NCBI GenBank assembly: GCA_046714395.1
Contig: JBKKBB010000162.1
Span: 1 to 32,550 of the forward strand
Direction: 5' to 3'
Length of the DNA stretch: 32,550 bases
DNA from: Candidatus Limnocylindrales bacterium
Lineage (GTDB): Bacteria; Chloroflexota; Limnocylindria; Limnocylindrales; CSP1-4
Positions 9,574-24,313 of this stretch are shown piece by piece (the stretch's first letter is position 1; each line of letters begins with the position of its first letter). Below the pieces are notes generated by a model. It made no database searches. It had not been told where the DNA came from and saw only the letters and a program-made list of their open reading frames with translations. A program made the translations under genes and the position numbers.

Positions 9574-10680
9574 CTATCCCGCGGGGATCGCCCTCAGGTC
9601 CTCCGCCCGCAGGTGTGCATAGCCGGGTTTGACGACCTCATTGATGAGCGCGAGGCGCTCATCAAACGGGGCGAACGCCGACTTCATGGCGTTGATCGTC
9701 AGCCATTCCATTTCGCCGAGGCCGATCCCAAACGCCGCGTCGAGCGCCTCGAACTCAGATGACATGGACACACCGGACATGAGGCGGTTGTCGGTGTTGA
9801 GCGTGACGCGGAACCGCAGGCGACGAAGGAGATCGATGGGGTGCTCCGCGACAGAATCAACGGCGCCGGAATGAACATTCGATGTCGGGCACATCTCGAG
9901 CGGCACCCGGCGATCGCGGACGAACGCGGCAAGGCGACCAAGCCTGACGGTGCCATCGGGATCCACGGCGATGTCGTCCACGATCCGGACGCCGTGGCCC
10001 AGCCGTTCGGCGCCACAGAACTGCAGCGCCTCCCAGATGGATGGCAGCCCGAAGGACTCGCCGGCATGGATGGTGATGTGGAAGTTCTCGTGACGGATCT
10101 TGTCGAATGCCTCCAGATGTCGCGTCGGTCGGTACCCGGCCTCCGGGCCTGCAATGTCGAAGCCGACGACGCCGGCGTCGCGCCAACGGATGGCCGCCTC
10201 GGCAACCTCGACTGAGCGGGCCGCCTGACGCATGGCCGTGACCAGGACCTTCATCGTGATCGGATGGCCCGCGGCCGCCGCACGCTCGGATCCAAGGCGA
10301 AAGCCCTCGAGATTGGCCTCGATGACCTCATCGAGCGTCAACGATCGCTCGGTTGACAGTTCGGGGGCATAGCGGACCTCGGCGTAGGCGACGCCGTCAG
10401 CGGCGAGATCTTCGGCGCATTCGGCAGCCACGCGAACGATCGCGTCGCGCTCCTGCAGCACGCCCACGGTGTGGACAAACGTCTCGAGATAGAGCTCCAG
10501 GGACTTTCGGTCCGCACCACGACGTATCCAGGCCGCCAGCTCGTCGGGGTCGGTCGTCGGGAGACCCATGTAGCCGTATTCGGCCGCCAGGTCGACGATC
10601 GTTCCCGGGCGCAGTCCGCCGTCGAGATGGTCATGCAGGAGCGCCTTCGGTGCGCGACGAATGGTTTCGAGTGTGAGCAA
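9574..10680 (-). CDS. add: Adenosine deaminase
   Basis: [55 protein letters not shown]; GGAGG RBS before TTG. Confidence 0.93.
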   Translation of the reverse strand: MLTLETIRRAPKALLHDHLDGGLRPGTIVDLAAEYGYMGLPTTDPDELAAWIRRGADRKSLELYLETFVHTVGVLQERDAIVRVAAECAEDLAADGVAYAEVRYAPELSTERSLTLDEVIEANLEGFRLGSERAAAAGHPITMKVLVTAMRQAARSVEVAEAAIRWRDAGVVGFDIAGPEAGYRPTRHLEAFDKIRHENFHITIHAGESFGLPSIWEALQFCGAERLGHGVRIVDDIAVDPDGTVRLGRLAAFVRDRRVPLEMCPTSNVHSGAVDSVAEHPIDLLRRLRFRVTLNTDNRLMSGVSMSSEFEALDAAFGIGLGEMEWLTINAMKSAFAPFDERLALINEVVKPGYAHLRAEDLRAIPAG

Positions 10681-10702
10681 GGACAGCCTCCAGCCGGGTT
10701 TG

Positions 10703-10716
10703 GCGGATCGTACCGC
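10703..10716 (-). promoter_or_regulatory. Putative -10 element (TACGAT) of add within GCGG-TACGAT-CCGC
   Basis: TAnnnT hexamer at 10707-10712 on the minus strand just upstream of the RBS; identical 14-mer upstream of argH. Confidence 0.5.
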
Positions 10717-10782
10717 AGGCCGATCCGGATGCGAGTACCAGCCCTAGGACCCTCGAATCAGCGGCCTATGCCCGAGGCGAGG

Positions 10783-12201
10783 TCAGTCCGGCCCGATCCG
10801 CTCCCGAGCGGCAGCCAGGGCCGAGCGCACGCGGTTCGGGGCGGTTCCCCCGAGGACATCGGGGGCAGCCAGGGCACGTTCAACGCCGGCCGCCGCTCTG
10901 AGAGTGGCTCCGATACCCGGGTCCGCGCGCAGGCTTGTCGCCGCGTCATCGTCCACCGAACTGAGCGCCGCGATCACTTCGTCGTCGGTGACCAGGTCAA
11001 GCCGCACGCCGCGCGTCTCCGCGGCGGCAACCAGCGTTCCGGCGATGTGGTGGGCGCTCCGGAATGCCACGCCGCGTCCAACCAGCGCATCGGCGGCGGC
11101 CGTCGCCGTGGTGAACCCTTCATCCGTCGCTTCGCGCATCCGCCCAGCGTCGACAACGAGCGTGTCGATGAGCCCGCTCATCACCGCGAGCGACGTTTCC
11201 AGCGTGCCGATCGCGCGGAACAGCGGCGGCTTGTCCTCCTGGAGGTCCCGCTGGTACGCCAAGGGCAACCCCTTCAGGATCGTCAGCATCTCGGCCAGGG
11301 CCGCGATCACGCCCGCCGTGCGTCCGCGGACGAGCTCCGCGGGATCCGGGTTTCGCTTGTTCGGCATCATCGAGCTGCCTGTGGAGAAGGCGTCCGAGAC
11401 GCGCACGAACCCGAACGCCGGGTTGGACCACCAGGTAATCTCTTCGGCCAGGCGTGAGAGATGGACCATTGACAACGCCGCGGCCGCGAGGATCTCGACC
11501 ACGAAGTCGCGATCCGAGACCGCGTCGAGGGAGTTGGCAGTCACCCCGTCGAAGCCGAGATCGCGGGCGGTCGCAACGCGGTCCAGCGGATAGGCCGCAC
11601 CGGCCAGCGCGCCGGAGCCGAGCGGCGAGACGTTGAGGCGCCGGCGGGCATCCGCGAAACGGCCTCGGTCGCGCTCCAGCATCTCCACGTACGCCAGGAG
11701 GTGGTGGGCGAACAGGACCGGCTGGGCAGGCTGGGTGTGCGTGCTGCCGGGGAGGATCGCGTCGCCGTCACGCTCGGCCAGCCCCACGAGGGCCCGTTCC
11801 ATGCCGAGGAGCGCGCCGTCGAGCCGATCGACCGCCCGGCGAGTCCACAGGCGCAGGTCCGTGGCGACCTGGTCGTTACGCGATCGGCCGGTGTGAAGCT
11901 TCCGCGCCAGGGGCCCGATGCGCGCCTCGAGCGCAGCCTCGAGGTTCATGTGGACATCCTCGAGCGCCGCATCCCATTCGACCGTCCCGGCCGCGACCTC
12001 AGCCAGCAGCCCCTCGAGGCCAGCCACAAGGGTCGCGACCTCGGCGTCGCTCAGGATCCCGGCTCGCCCGAGCCCACGGACGTGGGCGATCGAACCCGCG
12101 AGATCGTCGGCCGCCAGCGCGGCATCGACCTCGATGGAGCGCGTGAATTCGACGACGCGTGGATCCGTTTCGCCCGAGAATCGTCCGCCCCAGCGTTGCA
12201 T
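10783..12201 (-). CDS. argH: Argininosuccinate lyase
   Basis: WGGRF, EDVHMN, KLHTGRSRNDQVATD, SPLGSGALAG, NSLDAVSDRDF, STGSSMMPNKRNPD, YQRDLQEDK; ATG at 12201 preceded by GGAGG. Confidence 0.96.
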   Translation of the reverse strand: MQRWGGRFSGETDPRVVEFTRSIEVDAALAADDLAGSIAHVRGLGRAGILSDAEVATLVAGLEGLLAEVAAGTVEWDAALEDVHMNLEAALEARIGPLARKLHTGRSRNDQVATDLRLWTRRAVDRLDGALLGMERALVGLAERDGDAILPGSTHTQPAQPVLFAHHLLAYVEMLERDRGRFADARRRLNVSPLGSGALAGAAYPLDRVATARDLGFDGVTANSLDAVSDRDFVVEILAAAALSMVHLSRLAEEITWWSNPAFGFVRVSDAFSTGSSMMPNKRNPDPAELVRGRTAGVIAALAEMLTILKGLPLAYQRDLQEDKPPLFRAIGTLETSLAVMSGLIDTLVVDAGRMREATDEGFTTATAAADALVGRGVAFRSAHHIAGTLVAAAETRGVRLDLVTDDEVIAALSSVDDDAATSLRADPGIGATLRAAAGVERALAAPDVLGGTAPNRVRSALAAARERIGPD

Positions 12202-12212
12202 GGCACCTCCGC

Positions 12213-12226
12213 GCGGATCGTACCGC
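12213..12226 (-). promoter_or_regulatory. Putative -10 element (TACGAT) of argH within GCGG-TACGAT-CCGC
   Basis: TACGAT at 12217-12222 (minus strand), 15 nt before the ATG. Confidence 0.5.
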
Positions 12227-12244
12227 GTGAAGCTGTGCGGGAAC

Positions 12245-13327
12245 TCAGCCGCGCGAAGTGCGACCGCGAACGGCCTTGACGTGTACTGCAGAAGCGGCCC
12301 GGAGCTCATCCGCGGCCTGTTCGGCGGTCAAGTCCCGCTGGGCTTCGGCGAGCAGCTCATAGCCGACCATGAACTTGCGGACGTTGGAGCGCAGCAGGGG
12401 CGGCAGGAAGTGGCCGTGGAGCTGCCAGTGGTCCGTGGCACCAGCGCCGAACGGCGCCTGATGCCACCCCATGGAGTACGGGAAGGACAACCCGAAGAGG
12501 TTGTCGTAGCGGGTCAACAAGCGGATCAGGATGTCAGACAGGTGATCGCGCTGCGTCGGCGTGAGCTCCGGCAGGCGGCCGACGGGCTGGCGAGCCAGGA
12601 GGAGCGTCTCGTACGGCCAGGCAGCCCAGAACGGGACTACGACCACCCAGTCGTCGTTCTCCTCGACGACCCGCGGCCCAGCGGACTCCTGGGCAGCGTA
12701 GTCGAGGAGGAGCCGCCCGCCAGACTCGGCCCGGTAACGTGCTTGCGCGGCATCCTCCTTGACCGCTTCGCGCGGTAGCGCTGTACCCGCCCAGACCTGG
12801 CCATGAGGGTGCGGGTTGGACGCGCCCATGATCTCGCCGCGGTTCTCGAACACCTGGACCCATTGGTACGTGCCACCGAGCTGGGTGGTTTCATCTGCCC
12901 AGACATCGACCACGTGACGAACGGCATCCGCGGACATCAGCGCAAGGGTCAGGTCGTGGCGGGGGCTGAAACACAGCACATGACAGGCGCCTTCCTCGCC
13001 TTCAGCCCGCAGGAGGCCGTCCTCAATACGCTCGGTCGAGGTGCCCGGACGAAGGGCCGAGAAGTCATTCGTGAAGACGTAGGTCGTGTCATAGGTCGGG
13101 TTTCGCTCTCCATTCGCGCGGACGTTTCCGGGGCACAGGTAGCAGCTCGGGTCGAACGGGGGCAACGCCTGGGTACCGGAAGACTCGCGCCGTCCCTGCC
13201 AGGGGCGACCCGTGCGACCGGCCGAAACGAGGATCCACTCGTCAAGGAGCGGGTTGTAGCGGCGGTGCGGCTCGCCCGACAGTCGATCGAGTGATGAGTC
13301 GCTCCGCGGCTCGCCGATGTCGCTCAC
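12245..13327 (-). CDS. galT: Galactose-1-phosphate uridylyltransferase
   Basis: PHRRYNPL, CYLCPGN, FENRG..MGASNPHPHGQ (HPH catalytic motif), VPFWAAWPYE, FPYSMGWHQAP, RKFMVGYE. Confidence 0.96.
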   Translation of the reverse strand: MSDIGEPRSDSSLDRLSGEPHRRYNPLLDEWILVSAGRTGRPWQGRRESSGTQALPPFDPSCYLCPGNVRANGERNPTYDTTYVFTNDFSALRPGTSTERIEDGLLRAEGEEGACHVLCFSPRHDLTLALMSADAVRHVVDVWADETTQLGGTYQWVQVFENRGEIMGASNPHPHGQVWAGTALPREAVKEDAAQARYRAESGGRLLLDYAAQESAGPRVVEENDDWVVVVPFWAAWPYETLLLARQPVGRLPELTPTQRDHLSDILIRLLTRYDNLFGLSFPYSMGWHQAPFGAGATDHWQLHGHFLPPLLRSNVRKFMVGYELLAEAQRDLTAEQAADELRAASAVHVKAVRGRTSRG

Positions 13328-14157
13328 CGGGGAGAAGAAACGCCGGTTGCGTCCGCCAGGGACGCGACCGGAGGAGGAGCACCGTTCTCACGCACCACAA
13401 CAAGCTCGCGAACCTCACTACGGAGCGCCGCGCAGGCGTCCTCGTCCAGCCCCGCGTCCGTGATCAGCACGTCGGCCTGGTCAAGGCGTCCGATCGAGCT
13501 GATCCCGATCACACCCCACTTGGTGTGGTCGGCCAGGACGACGAGGCGGCGACCGGCCTCGACGAGGGCTCGGTTCGTCTCGGCCTCGAGCAGGTTCGGC
13601 GTCGTAAATCCGGAATGTGGGTCCATGCCGTGCACGCCCATGAACACGAGATCGACGTGGATCGTCCGGAGGGCCGAGACCGCGAACGGCCCGACGAGTG
13701 CGTCGCTCGGAGTGCGCACCCCGCCCGTGACGATGATCGTCTGGTCAGGCCGGCCCATTCGGTACAGAACATCCGCGACCGGCACCGAGTTCGTGACCAC
13801 CGTCAGGCCCTCGATGTCGGTGAGCCGACGCGCCAGGGCGTAGGTCGTCGTGCCCGCGGACAGGGCGATCGCCATTCCCGTCGTGACAAGATCCGACGCG
13901 GCCGCGGCGATGGCGTCCTTCTCCGCCAGCTGAAGCTCGGATTTGACGACGAACCCGGGCTCGAAGAGCGAGCTCCCGCTGGTCAGGGTGGCGCCGCCGT
14001 GGACCTTCTCGAGCAGGCCCTGCTGATGCAGGAGCTCCAGGTCCCGCCGGACCGTCATGTCGGAAACACTGAGGTCGCGAGCAAGCTCCGCGACCCGCAC
14101 CGCACCGTCCTCTCGGACGCGCTCCAGGATGTACGTCTGACGCTGGCGAGCGAGCAC
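13324..14157 (-). CDS. DeoR/GlpR family transcriptional regulator
   Basis: LARQRQ..IL...VRVAELA..LSVSDMTVRRDL..L...GLLEKVHGGA; EK..IA..A, SAGTT, VVTNS, TGG, ADHTK; GTG at 14157 after GGAGG. Confidence 0.92.
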   Translation of the reverse strand: MLARQRQTYILERVREDGAVRVAELARDLSVSDMTVRRDLELLHQQGLLEKVHGGATLTSGSSLFEPGFVVKSELQLAEKDAIAAAASDLVTTGMAIALSAGTTTYALARRLTDIEGLTVVTNSVPVADVLYRMGRPDQTIIVTGGVRTPSDALVGPFAVSALRTIHVDLVFMGVHGMDPHSGFTTPNLLEAETNRALVEAGRRLVVLADHTKWGVIGISSIGRLDQADVLITDAGLDEDACAALRSEVRELVVVRENGAPPPVASLADATGVSSPR

Positions 14158-14199
14158 GAGCAGTTGGGTCCTCCGGCTCCAGCGATGACCGATTGGCCA

Positions 14200-14325
14200 A
14201 AGGTTCGCGCAGGAACGCTCAAATGTCAACGTCAGATCAAACAGACTTTCGCACGACCAACCCCAGATAATCCTTGACATGCGAGGGAACGCACCCCAAA
14301 CTCGTGTTTGGTCATGTCGGTTTGT
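14200..14325. promoter_or_regulatory. Divergent sigma70-type promoters with probable DeoR operator repeats
   Basis: TTGACA (+, 14274-14279)-N17-CAAACT; TTGACA (-, 14224-14229)-N17-GAACCT; several CAAAC/GTTTG copies including CCAAAC-TCGT-GTTTGG over the + strand -10. Confidence 0.6.
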
Positions 14326-14375
14326 GTGCGTCCTGGCCGACCCGTGGCGACCGTAGCTGGAGGAGAATCGCTGTA

Positions 14376-15758
14376 ATGGCAGATCACAGACTGTCGCGGA
14401 GGCCGGGGGACACGGCCGACGCGTCTGACCGGCTTCGAACGAAGTCCGGCCGGATCCTTGTCCTCGGCACGACCCTCGTCCTGATTGCGACCGCGTGTGG
14501 CGGTGGCGCCTCGCAGGCGCCGGCAACGCAGGCCCCCACGAGCGCGCCCGGGTCAACGACCCCAACGGAGGCACCGAGCCTCGGGGAGACGACCCTGGGC
14601 TCGAACGAGAGCGACGAGAACCCGAAGAACGCCGTCCAGGCGATCGTCGACTACTGCCAGGGGCAGACGGGGATCACCGTCAAGAACAACGTCAACGATC
14701 ACAACACGTTCCAGAACCAGATCAGCTCGTACTTGCAGGGCGCCCCTGACGACGTCGTCAAGTGGTTCGCCGGCAACCGCGTCCGCTTCTTCGCGGCGCA
14801 GGGCCTCCTGTCGCCCATCGACGACGTGTGGGCGGACATCGAGCAGTACCTGACCCCGGGCCTCAAGGCAGCCTCCCTCGGCGCCGACGGCAAGGCCTAC
14901 TTCGTCCCCGTCTACAACTACCCATGGGTCGTCCTCTACCGCAAGAGCCTTTTCTCGGAGAAGGGCTACACGATCCCGAAGACCATCGATGAGTTCAAGG
15001 CCCTCGGCGACAAGATCAAGGCCGACGGCCTCGTGCCGCTCGCCCTCGGCGACCAGGACGGCTGGCCGGCCATGGGCACCTTCGACATCCTCAACATGCG
15101 CATCAACGGGTACGCCTTCCACATCGACCTGATGGAAGGCCGCGCGAAGTGGAGTGACCCGAAGGTCAAGGCCGTCTTCGAAACCTGGCGTGACCTTCTC
15201 CCGTACTTCCAGGAAGGATCCCCGGGCCGCACGTGGCAGGACGCCGCAAAGGCCGCCCTCGTTGACAAGTCGGCCGCGATGTACTTCCTCGGCACGTTCG
15301 CGGTGGAGCAGGCCGGCGACGCCGCGAGCGACGTCGGGTTCTTCCCCTTCCCGCTCTTCGGAACGGCGTACGACGGCGAGAACGCCATTGACGCCCCGAT
15401 CGACGGGTTCATGCTCAGCGCGAACCCGGGCAACCCGGAAGCGGCGAAGGCTTTCCTCCGCTGCGTAGCCACGCCCGAGGCACAGGTCGCCTACGTGACG
15501 AGCCCCGGCATCGGCAGCGTGGCGGTCTCGCCACTCGCCGATACCAGCAACTACACGGAAGTTCAGAAGATGTCAGCCGACGTCCTGAAGTCCGCGGGCA
15601 ACATCGCCCAGTTCCTCGATCGCGACGCAAGGGCCGACTTCGCCGGCCCGTCCGGGATGCAGGGCTTCCTCATCTCGTTCCTGACCGACCCGACCCAGGA
15701 CTTCGACAAGTTCCTGGGCGACATCCAGGCCTACTACGACTCCCTGCCCCCGCAGTGA
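14376..15758 (+). CDS. Sugar ABC transporter substrate-binding lipoprotein
   Basis: GGAGGAG RBS; lipobox LIATA-C; Pro/Thr/Ala linker; PDDVVKWFAGNR, DGKAYFVP, LYRKSLF, DAPIDGFM. Confidence 0.9.
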   Translation: MADHRLSRRPGDTADASDRLRTKSGRILVLGTTLVLIATACGGGASQAPATQAPTSAPGSTTPTEAPSLGETTLGSNESDENPKNAVQAIVDYCQGQTGITVKNNVNDHNTFQNQISSYLQGAPDDVVKWFAGNRVRFFAAQGLLSPIDDVWADIEQYLTPGLKAASLGADGKAYFVPVYNYPWVVLYRKSLFSEKGYTIPKTIDEFKALGDKIKADGLVPLALGDQDGWPAMGTFDILNMRINGYAFHIDLMEGRAKWSDPKVKAVFETWRDLLPYFQEGSPGRTWQDAAKAALVDKSAAMYFLGTFAVEQAGDAASDVGFFPFPLFGTAYDGENAIDAPIDGFMLSANPGNPEAAKAFLRCVATPEAQVAYVTSPGIGSVAVSPLADTSNYTEVQKMSADVLKSAGNIAQFLDRDARADFAGPSGMQGFLISFLTDPTQDFDKFLGDIQAYYDSLPPQ

Positions 15759-15780
15759 TCGCACGGAACCTGATCTTGAC

Positions 15781-16757
15781 ATGACCGTCCGAGGACCCTC
15801 CTCGGCGACCCCCACCCCGTCGGCGTCGGCCGGCGGGGTGGGGTCATCTTTACGCCGTACCCGGCGCCGACGTTTCAGCCTGCTCACCCGCACTGACAAG
15901 ATCACGATCGCCCTGATGGTGGCTATCCCGACCACCCTCGTCGCGGTCTTGATCCTCCTGCCGACGCTCGCGTCGATCCTCCTGTCGTTCACGAGCTGGA
16001 ACGGGATCGGCGGCTTTGACAGGATCGAGTTCATCGGCCTCAAGAACTACACCGATCTCATCAACATCTACAAACCGTTCTGGCCGGCGGTCTCCCACAA
16101 CGTCATCTGGCTGGTCTTCTTCCTGTTCGTCGCGACGCCGCTCGGGATGTTCCTGGCAGTGCTGCTCGACAAGAACATCCGCGGAACCCGGTTCTACCAA
16201 GGTGCGCTGTACATGCCCGTCGTCCTCTCGCTGGCGGTCGTGGGCTTCATCTGGCAGCTGATCTACGCGCCGGAGCAGGGCCTCCTGAACAACCTCCTGG
16301 GCCGCACCGCTCAGGGCAACCAGATCTCCTGGCTGGGCGACCCGAGCCTTAATCTTTGGGCCATCCTGGTGGCCGCCAGCTGGCGGCAGGTCGGATACGT
16401 GATGATCCTCTACCTCGCCGGGCTCAAGAGCGTGGACCCGTCCCTGCGGGAAGCGGCGTCAATCGACGGCGCGAGCGAGTCACAGACCTTCTTCCGGGTG
16501 GTCTTCCCGGTGTTGCGGCCGATCAATCTCGTCATTCTGGTGATCACCGTGATCGAGTCTCTCCGGGCGTTCGACCTCGCGTTCATTACCAACAGGGGCC
16601 TCAACGGCCTCGAGCTGCTCTCGACGCTCGTCACGAACAACATCATCGGTGAGACCAGCCGGATCGGGTTCGGCTCCGCGATCGCTGTCGTGCTGCTGTT
16701 CGTGTCGGTCGGGCCGATCATCTTCTACCTGTTCCGTGCGCTCCGGGAGGAGAACGA

Positions 16758-16761
<4 letters not shown>
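15781..16761 (+). CDS. Sugar ABC transporter permease (MalF-like)
   Basis: LSFTSWNG, FIGLKNY, WLGDP, EAA loop LREAASIDGASESQTFFRVVFP. Confidence 0.92.
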
Positions 16762-20724
<3,963 letters not shown>

Positions 20725-20725
<1 letters not shown>

Positions 20726-22941
20726 TGCCCATCACCTGGAGCGACGCGAACCGCGAGCTCCATCTTCACAACGCGCACCTGAGCCTCGTCCTCGCCGTGG
20801 TCGAGAACGGGTGGCTTGAACAGCTCCACTTCGGGGCTCCCCTGGACCCGAGCGCGTCCTACCGACACCTGGGCCCCGTGGGGTTCCGTGGGTTCACGAA
20901 CCACGACGATGAGTCGATCGGGCTGCTCGTCCCGACGCCGGGCATCGGCGACTTCCGAATCAGCGCGCTGGTCGTCGAGGGACCGGACGGCGCATCCGTG
21001 TTGGATCTGGTGTATGCCGGGCACCGGGTCAGCCCGGGCAAGCCGGCGCTGCAGGGGCTGCCGTCAACCTACGTCGAGGACGACGCCGAGGCGACGACGG
21101 TCGAAGTGGACCTGGTGGACGAGATCAGCGGCCTCAAGGCAACGCTGACGCTCACGCTGTTCGAGAACCGTCCGATCCTCGCCCGGTCGATGCGCCTTAC
21201 GAACACCGGCGACCGGTCGCTCATGGTCCGCACGGCGATGAGCGCCGCGGTCGACCTCCCCGCCGGACCGTGGGAGCTCCTCGCCTTCAGCGGGGCGTGG
21301 GCGCGCGAACGCCGTCCTCATCGCGCCGCGCTTCTGCCGGGCCGGCGTTCAGTCGGCAGCCTCCGGGGGGCAACCGGCCACCAACAGGATCCGTCGCTCT
21401 TCCTTCTCCGCCCCGGGACGTCCGAAGTGCACGGAGAGGGGTTCGCCCTGTCGCTCGTCTACTCGGGCAACTTCCTGGCCGAGGCCGAAGTTGGCTCCCG
21501 TGGCACGACGCGCGCCCGCATCGGCATCCACCCAGACGGGTTCGGCTGGGTGCTCGAACCGGGCGGAACCTTCGTGACGCCGGAGGCGGTCGTGACCTGG
21601 TCTGGCGATGGAATTGGGGCCCTGAGCGAGGCGTTTCATTCCCTCTATCGCGAACGGCTGGCCCGCGGCGTATGGCGTGATCGCCCTCGGCCCGTTCTCC
21701 TGAACAGCTGGGAGGGGGTCTACTTCGACTTCGATCACACCAGGCTCGTCGAAATGGCCCGGGCGAGCGCAGACCTCGGCATCGAGCTCTTCGTCCTCGA
21801 TGACGGCTGGTTCGGGCGGCGCGACAGCGACGACAGCTCGCTCGGCGACTGGACCGTCGATCAGCGCAAGCTGCCCGGCGGCCTCCGACCGCTCGCAGCG
21901 GAGATCGAGGGCCTGGGCCTTCAGTTCGGCCTCTGGATCGAGCCTGAGATGGTCAGCCGGCGGAGCCGCCTGTTCGAGGAGCATCCGGATTGGGCGATCG
22001 GTGTCCCGGGCCGGCCGCGGACGGAGATGCGCCAGCAGCTCGTCCTCGACCTGTCGCGGCCGGAGGTCGTGGACCACCTCGAGAAGGCCATCGCGGATGT
22101 CCTTTCGAGCGCCCCGATCCGGTATATCAAGTGGGACATGAACCGCAACATCACCGAGCCTTACGGCGGCTCGCTGTCACCGGAGCGGCAGGGTGAGTTC
22201 TTCCACCGCTACATGCTCGGGACGTACGAGCTGTGGCGCCGGCTGACGACGCGCTTCCCTGAGATCCTCTTCGAATCGTGCGCCGGGGGCGGCGGGCGTT
22301 TCGACCCGGGCATGCTGGCCTATGCTCCGCAGGCTTGGACGAGCGACGACACGGATGCGGTCGAGCGACTGGCGATCCAATGGGGTACGTCACACGTCTA
22401 CCCGCTGAGCTCGATGGCTGCCCATGTCTCGGCCGTCCCAAATCACCAGGTCGGCCGGGTCACGCCGATCGGCACACGAGCCGCCGTGGCGTTCTTCGGT
22501 GTCTTTGGATATGAGCTCGACCCGCGGACGCTCACAGACAGCGAGCGGACGGAGATCAAGGCCCAGGTCACGTTCTACAAGCAGTACCGCGACGTGCTCC
22601 AGCGTGGGCATTTCATCCGCTTGCGGAGCCCGCTGGGGGCGGACGACGCGGCCTGGATGGTCGCGACGCCAGACCGGCGCACGGCGATCGTTGCCCACAT
22701 CAGGATCTTGGAGCGACCCGTCCCGTTCCCGGACCGGCTGCGTCTTCGCGGTCTGGATCCCGAGGCTGCCTACCAGGTGGCCGCGTGGAGCGGTCCGGGC
22801 GGCCTTGACTCCGGGAACGCGGTGCGGCGCGGCGGCGACCTCCTCATGAGCGTCGGGCTCGGGCTCGAGCCGGCCGATCCGCCGCCATTCGCGACGCGCG
22901 GCGACTTCTCCGCGCGGCTCTGGGTGCTCACCGCCGACTGA
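20725..22941 (+). CDS. Alpha-galactosidase, glycoside hydrolase family 36
   Basis: YSGNF, LLNSWEG.YFDF, LFVLDDGWFG, FGLWIEPEM, YIKWDMNR (nucleophile), ESCAGGGGRFD, WTSDDTDA; TGATG coupling with lacZ. Confidence 0.93.
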
Positions 22942-22984
22942 CCGCCGACGTGCTGACGCGTCCGCGGCTGGGGCCACGGCTCGC

Positions 22985-24190
22985 CTATGCGCCCCGCGGC
23001 GGGAAGTACCCGGCACCGTCAGCGGCGTCCACGACGAAGATCTGCGGCGTCAGCCCCGTCCAGGCCTTGTAGTCGCGCTCCACGGCCGCGCGAAGCTCGT
23101 CCGAGCGGCCGCGCTCTACCAGGTTGACGGTGCATCCGCCGAACCCGGCTCCCGTCAGCCGCGCCGCGACGACTCCCGGGGTCCCGACCGCGATCTTCAC
23201 GAGGGCATCGAGCGCCGGCGACGAAACCTCGAACCGATCGCGCAGGGACGCGTGGGACGCGCCGAACACGCGCCCGACGGCGTCCGGGTCGCGGGCTCGC
23301 AGGGCTGCCTCCGCCTCCACGACCCGCGCGTTCTCGGTTACGACGTGGGCCGCGCGAGCGTAGGCCACCTCGTCGAGGAGGTCGCGATGGAGCTCCAGCA
23401 TCTGGACGCCGACATCTCGCAGGGACTCGACGCCGGGTTCCCGGGCCGCGATCGCCGTGACCGCCCTGGCGCACTCGGCGCGGCGAGCGTTGTACGCCGA
23501 CGCCTCCAAGCGCCGAGGGCTGCCCGAGTGACAGACGACGATCTCGAGTTCCTCCGGGATTGGTACCTCGTGCCAAGCCAGCGATCGGCAGTCCAGCAGG
23601 AGCGCGTTGCCGGCTCGGCCCATGGTCACGGCGAACTGGTCCATGAGCCCGCACATGACACCCACGTACTCGTTCTCGGCCCGCTGCGCCGTCTGGGCGA
23701 GGGCCATGGGCTCGAGACCGGGTTCCGCGCCACCCGAGAACGCCCAGGCCGCCGCGAGCTCCAGCGCCGCCGACGACGACAGGCCCGCGCCAGCCGGGAT
23801 GGAGGAATGAAGGATCCCCCGGAACCCACCGACCGGGAGGCCCGTCCCACGGAGTGCCCAAGCCGTGCCGGCGACGTAATCGAGCCACGTCCCCCGCCTC
23901 GGCCCCAGGTCGCGAAGATCGAGCACACCGCGCTCGCCCGTCGCGACGAGTGTCAGTTCTACCCGGTCGTCGTCCGTCGGTACGAGCGCGACCCGAATCT
24001 CGAGACTGATCGCGGCGGGCAGCACCAGACCATCGTTGTAATCCGTGTGTTCGCCAATGAGATTGACCCGCGCGGGCGACCGGAGGACCCGAATCTCATC
24101 CGGCCGCTGGGCAGCCGTCGGATCCAGGCGGATCAGGCTCTCCCGGAGGTCCGACGCATCGGGATCGAGCAGGGCGTTGGCCGTCGTCAT
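22985..24190 (-). CDS. galK: Galactokinase
   Basis: PARVNLIGEHTDYNDG, PAGAGLSSSAALE, CGLMDQ, LLLDCRSL, YNARR, ARLTGAGFGG; TAGCAT -10 10 nt upstream of ATG. Confidence 0.96.
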   Translation of the reverse strand: MTTANALLDPDASDLRESLIRLDPTAAQRPDEIRVLRSPARVNLIGEHTDYNDGLVLPAAISLEIRVALVPTDDDRVELTLVATGERGVLDLRDLGPRRGTWLDYVAGTAWALRGTGLPVGGFRGILHSSIPAGAGLSSSAALELAAAWAFSGGAEPGLEPMALAQTAQRAENEYVGVMCGLMDQFAVTMGRAGNALLLDCRSLAWHEVPIPEELEIVVCHSGSPRRLEASAYNARRAECARAVTAIAAREPGVESLRDVGVQMLELHRDLLDEVAYARAAHVVTENARVVEAEAALRARDPDAVGRVFGASHASLRDRFEVSSPALDALVKIAVGTPGVVAARLTGAGFGGCTVNLVERGRSDELRAAVERDYKAWTGLTPQIFVVDAADGAGYFPPRGA

Positions 24191-24313
24191 GTCAGGTTCG
24201 ATGCTACCGGTCGAGCGCGTGTCGAGCTGCCGTCGCGCCGTCGAAGCCGAGGATCACGCCACGCGGGGCGGGTCCGGGAGGCACGGATCGCAGGGGGGCG
24301 ACCAGATCTGGTC

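Noticed and set aside
22942-22984. Intrinsic terminator between GH36 and galK
   Set aside because: Only an imperfect GC stem and no U-tract on either strand; too weak to call.
23252-24313. 427-aa plus-strand ORF as a real gene
   Set aside because: Mostly antisense to galK; only the last 73 codons resemble a protein (EamA remnant).
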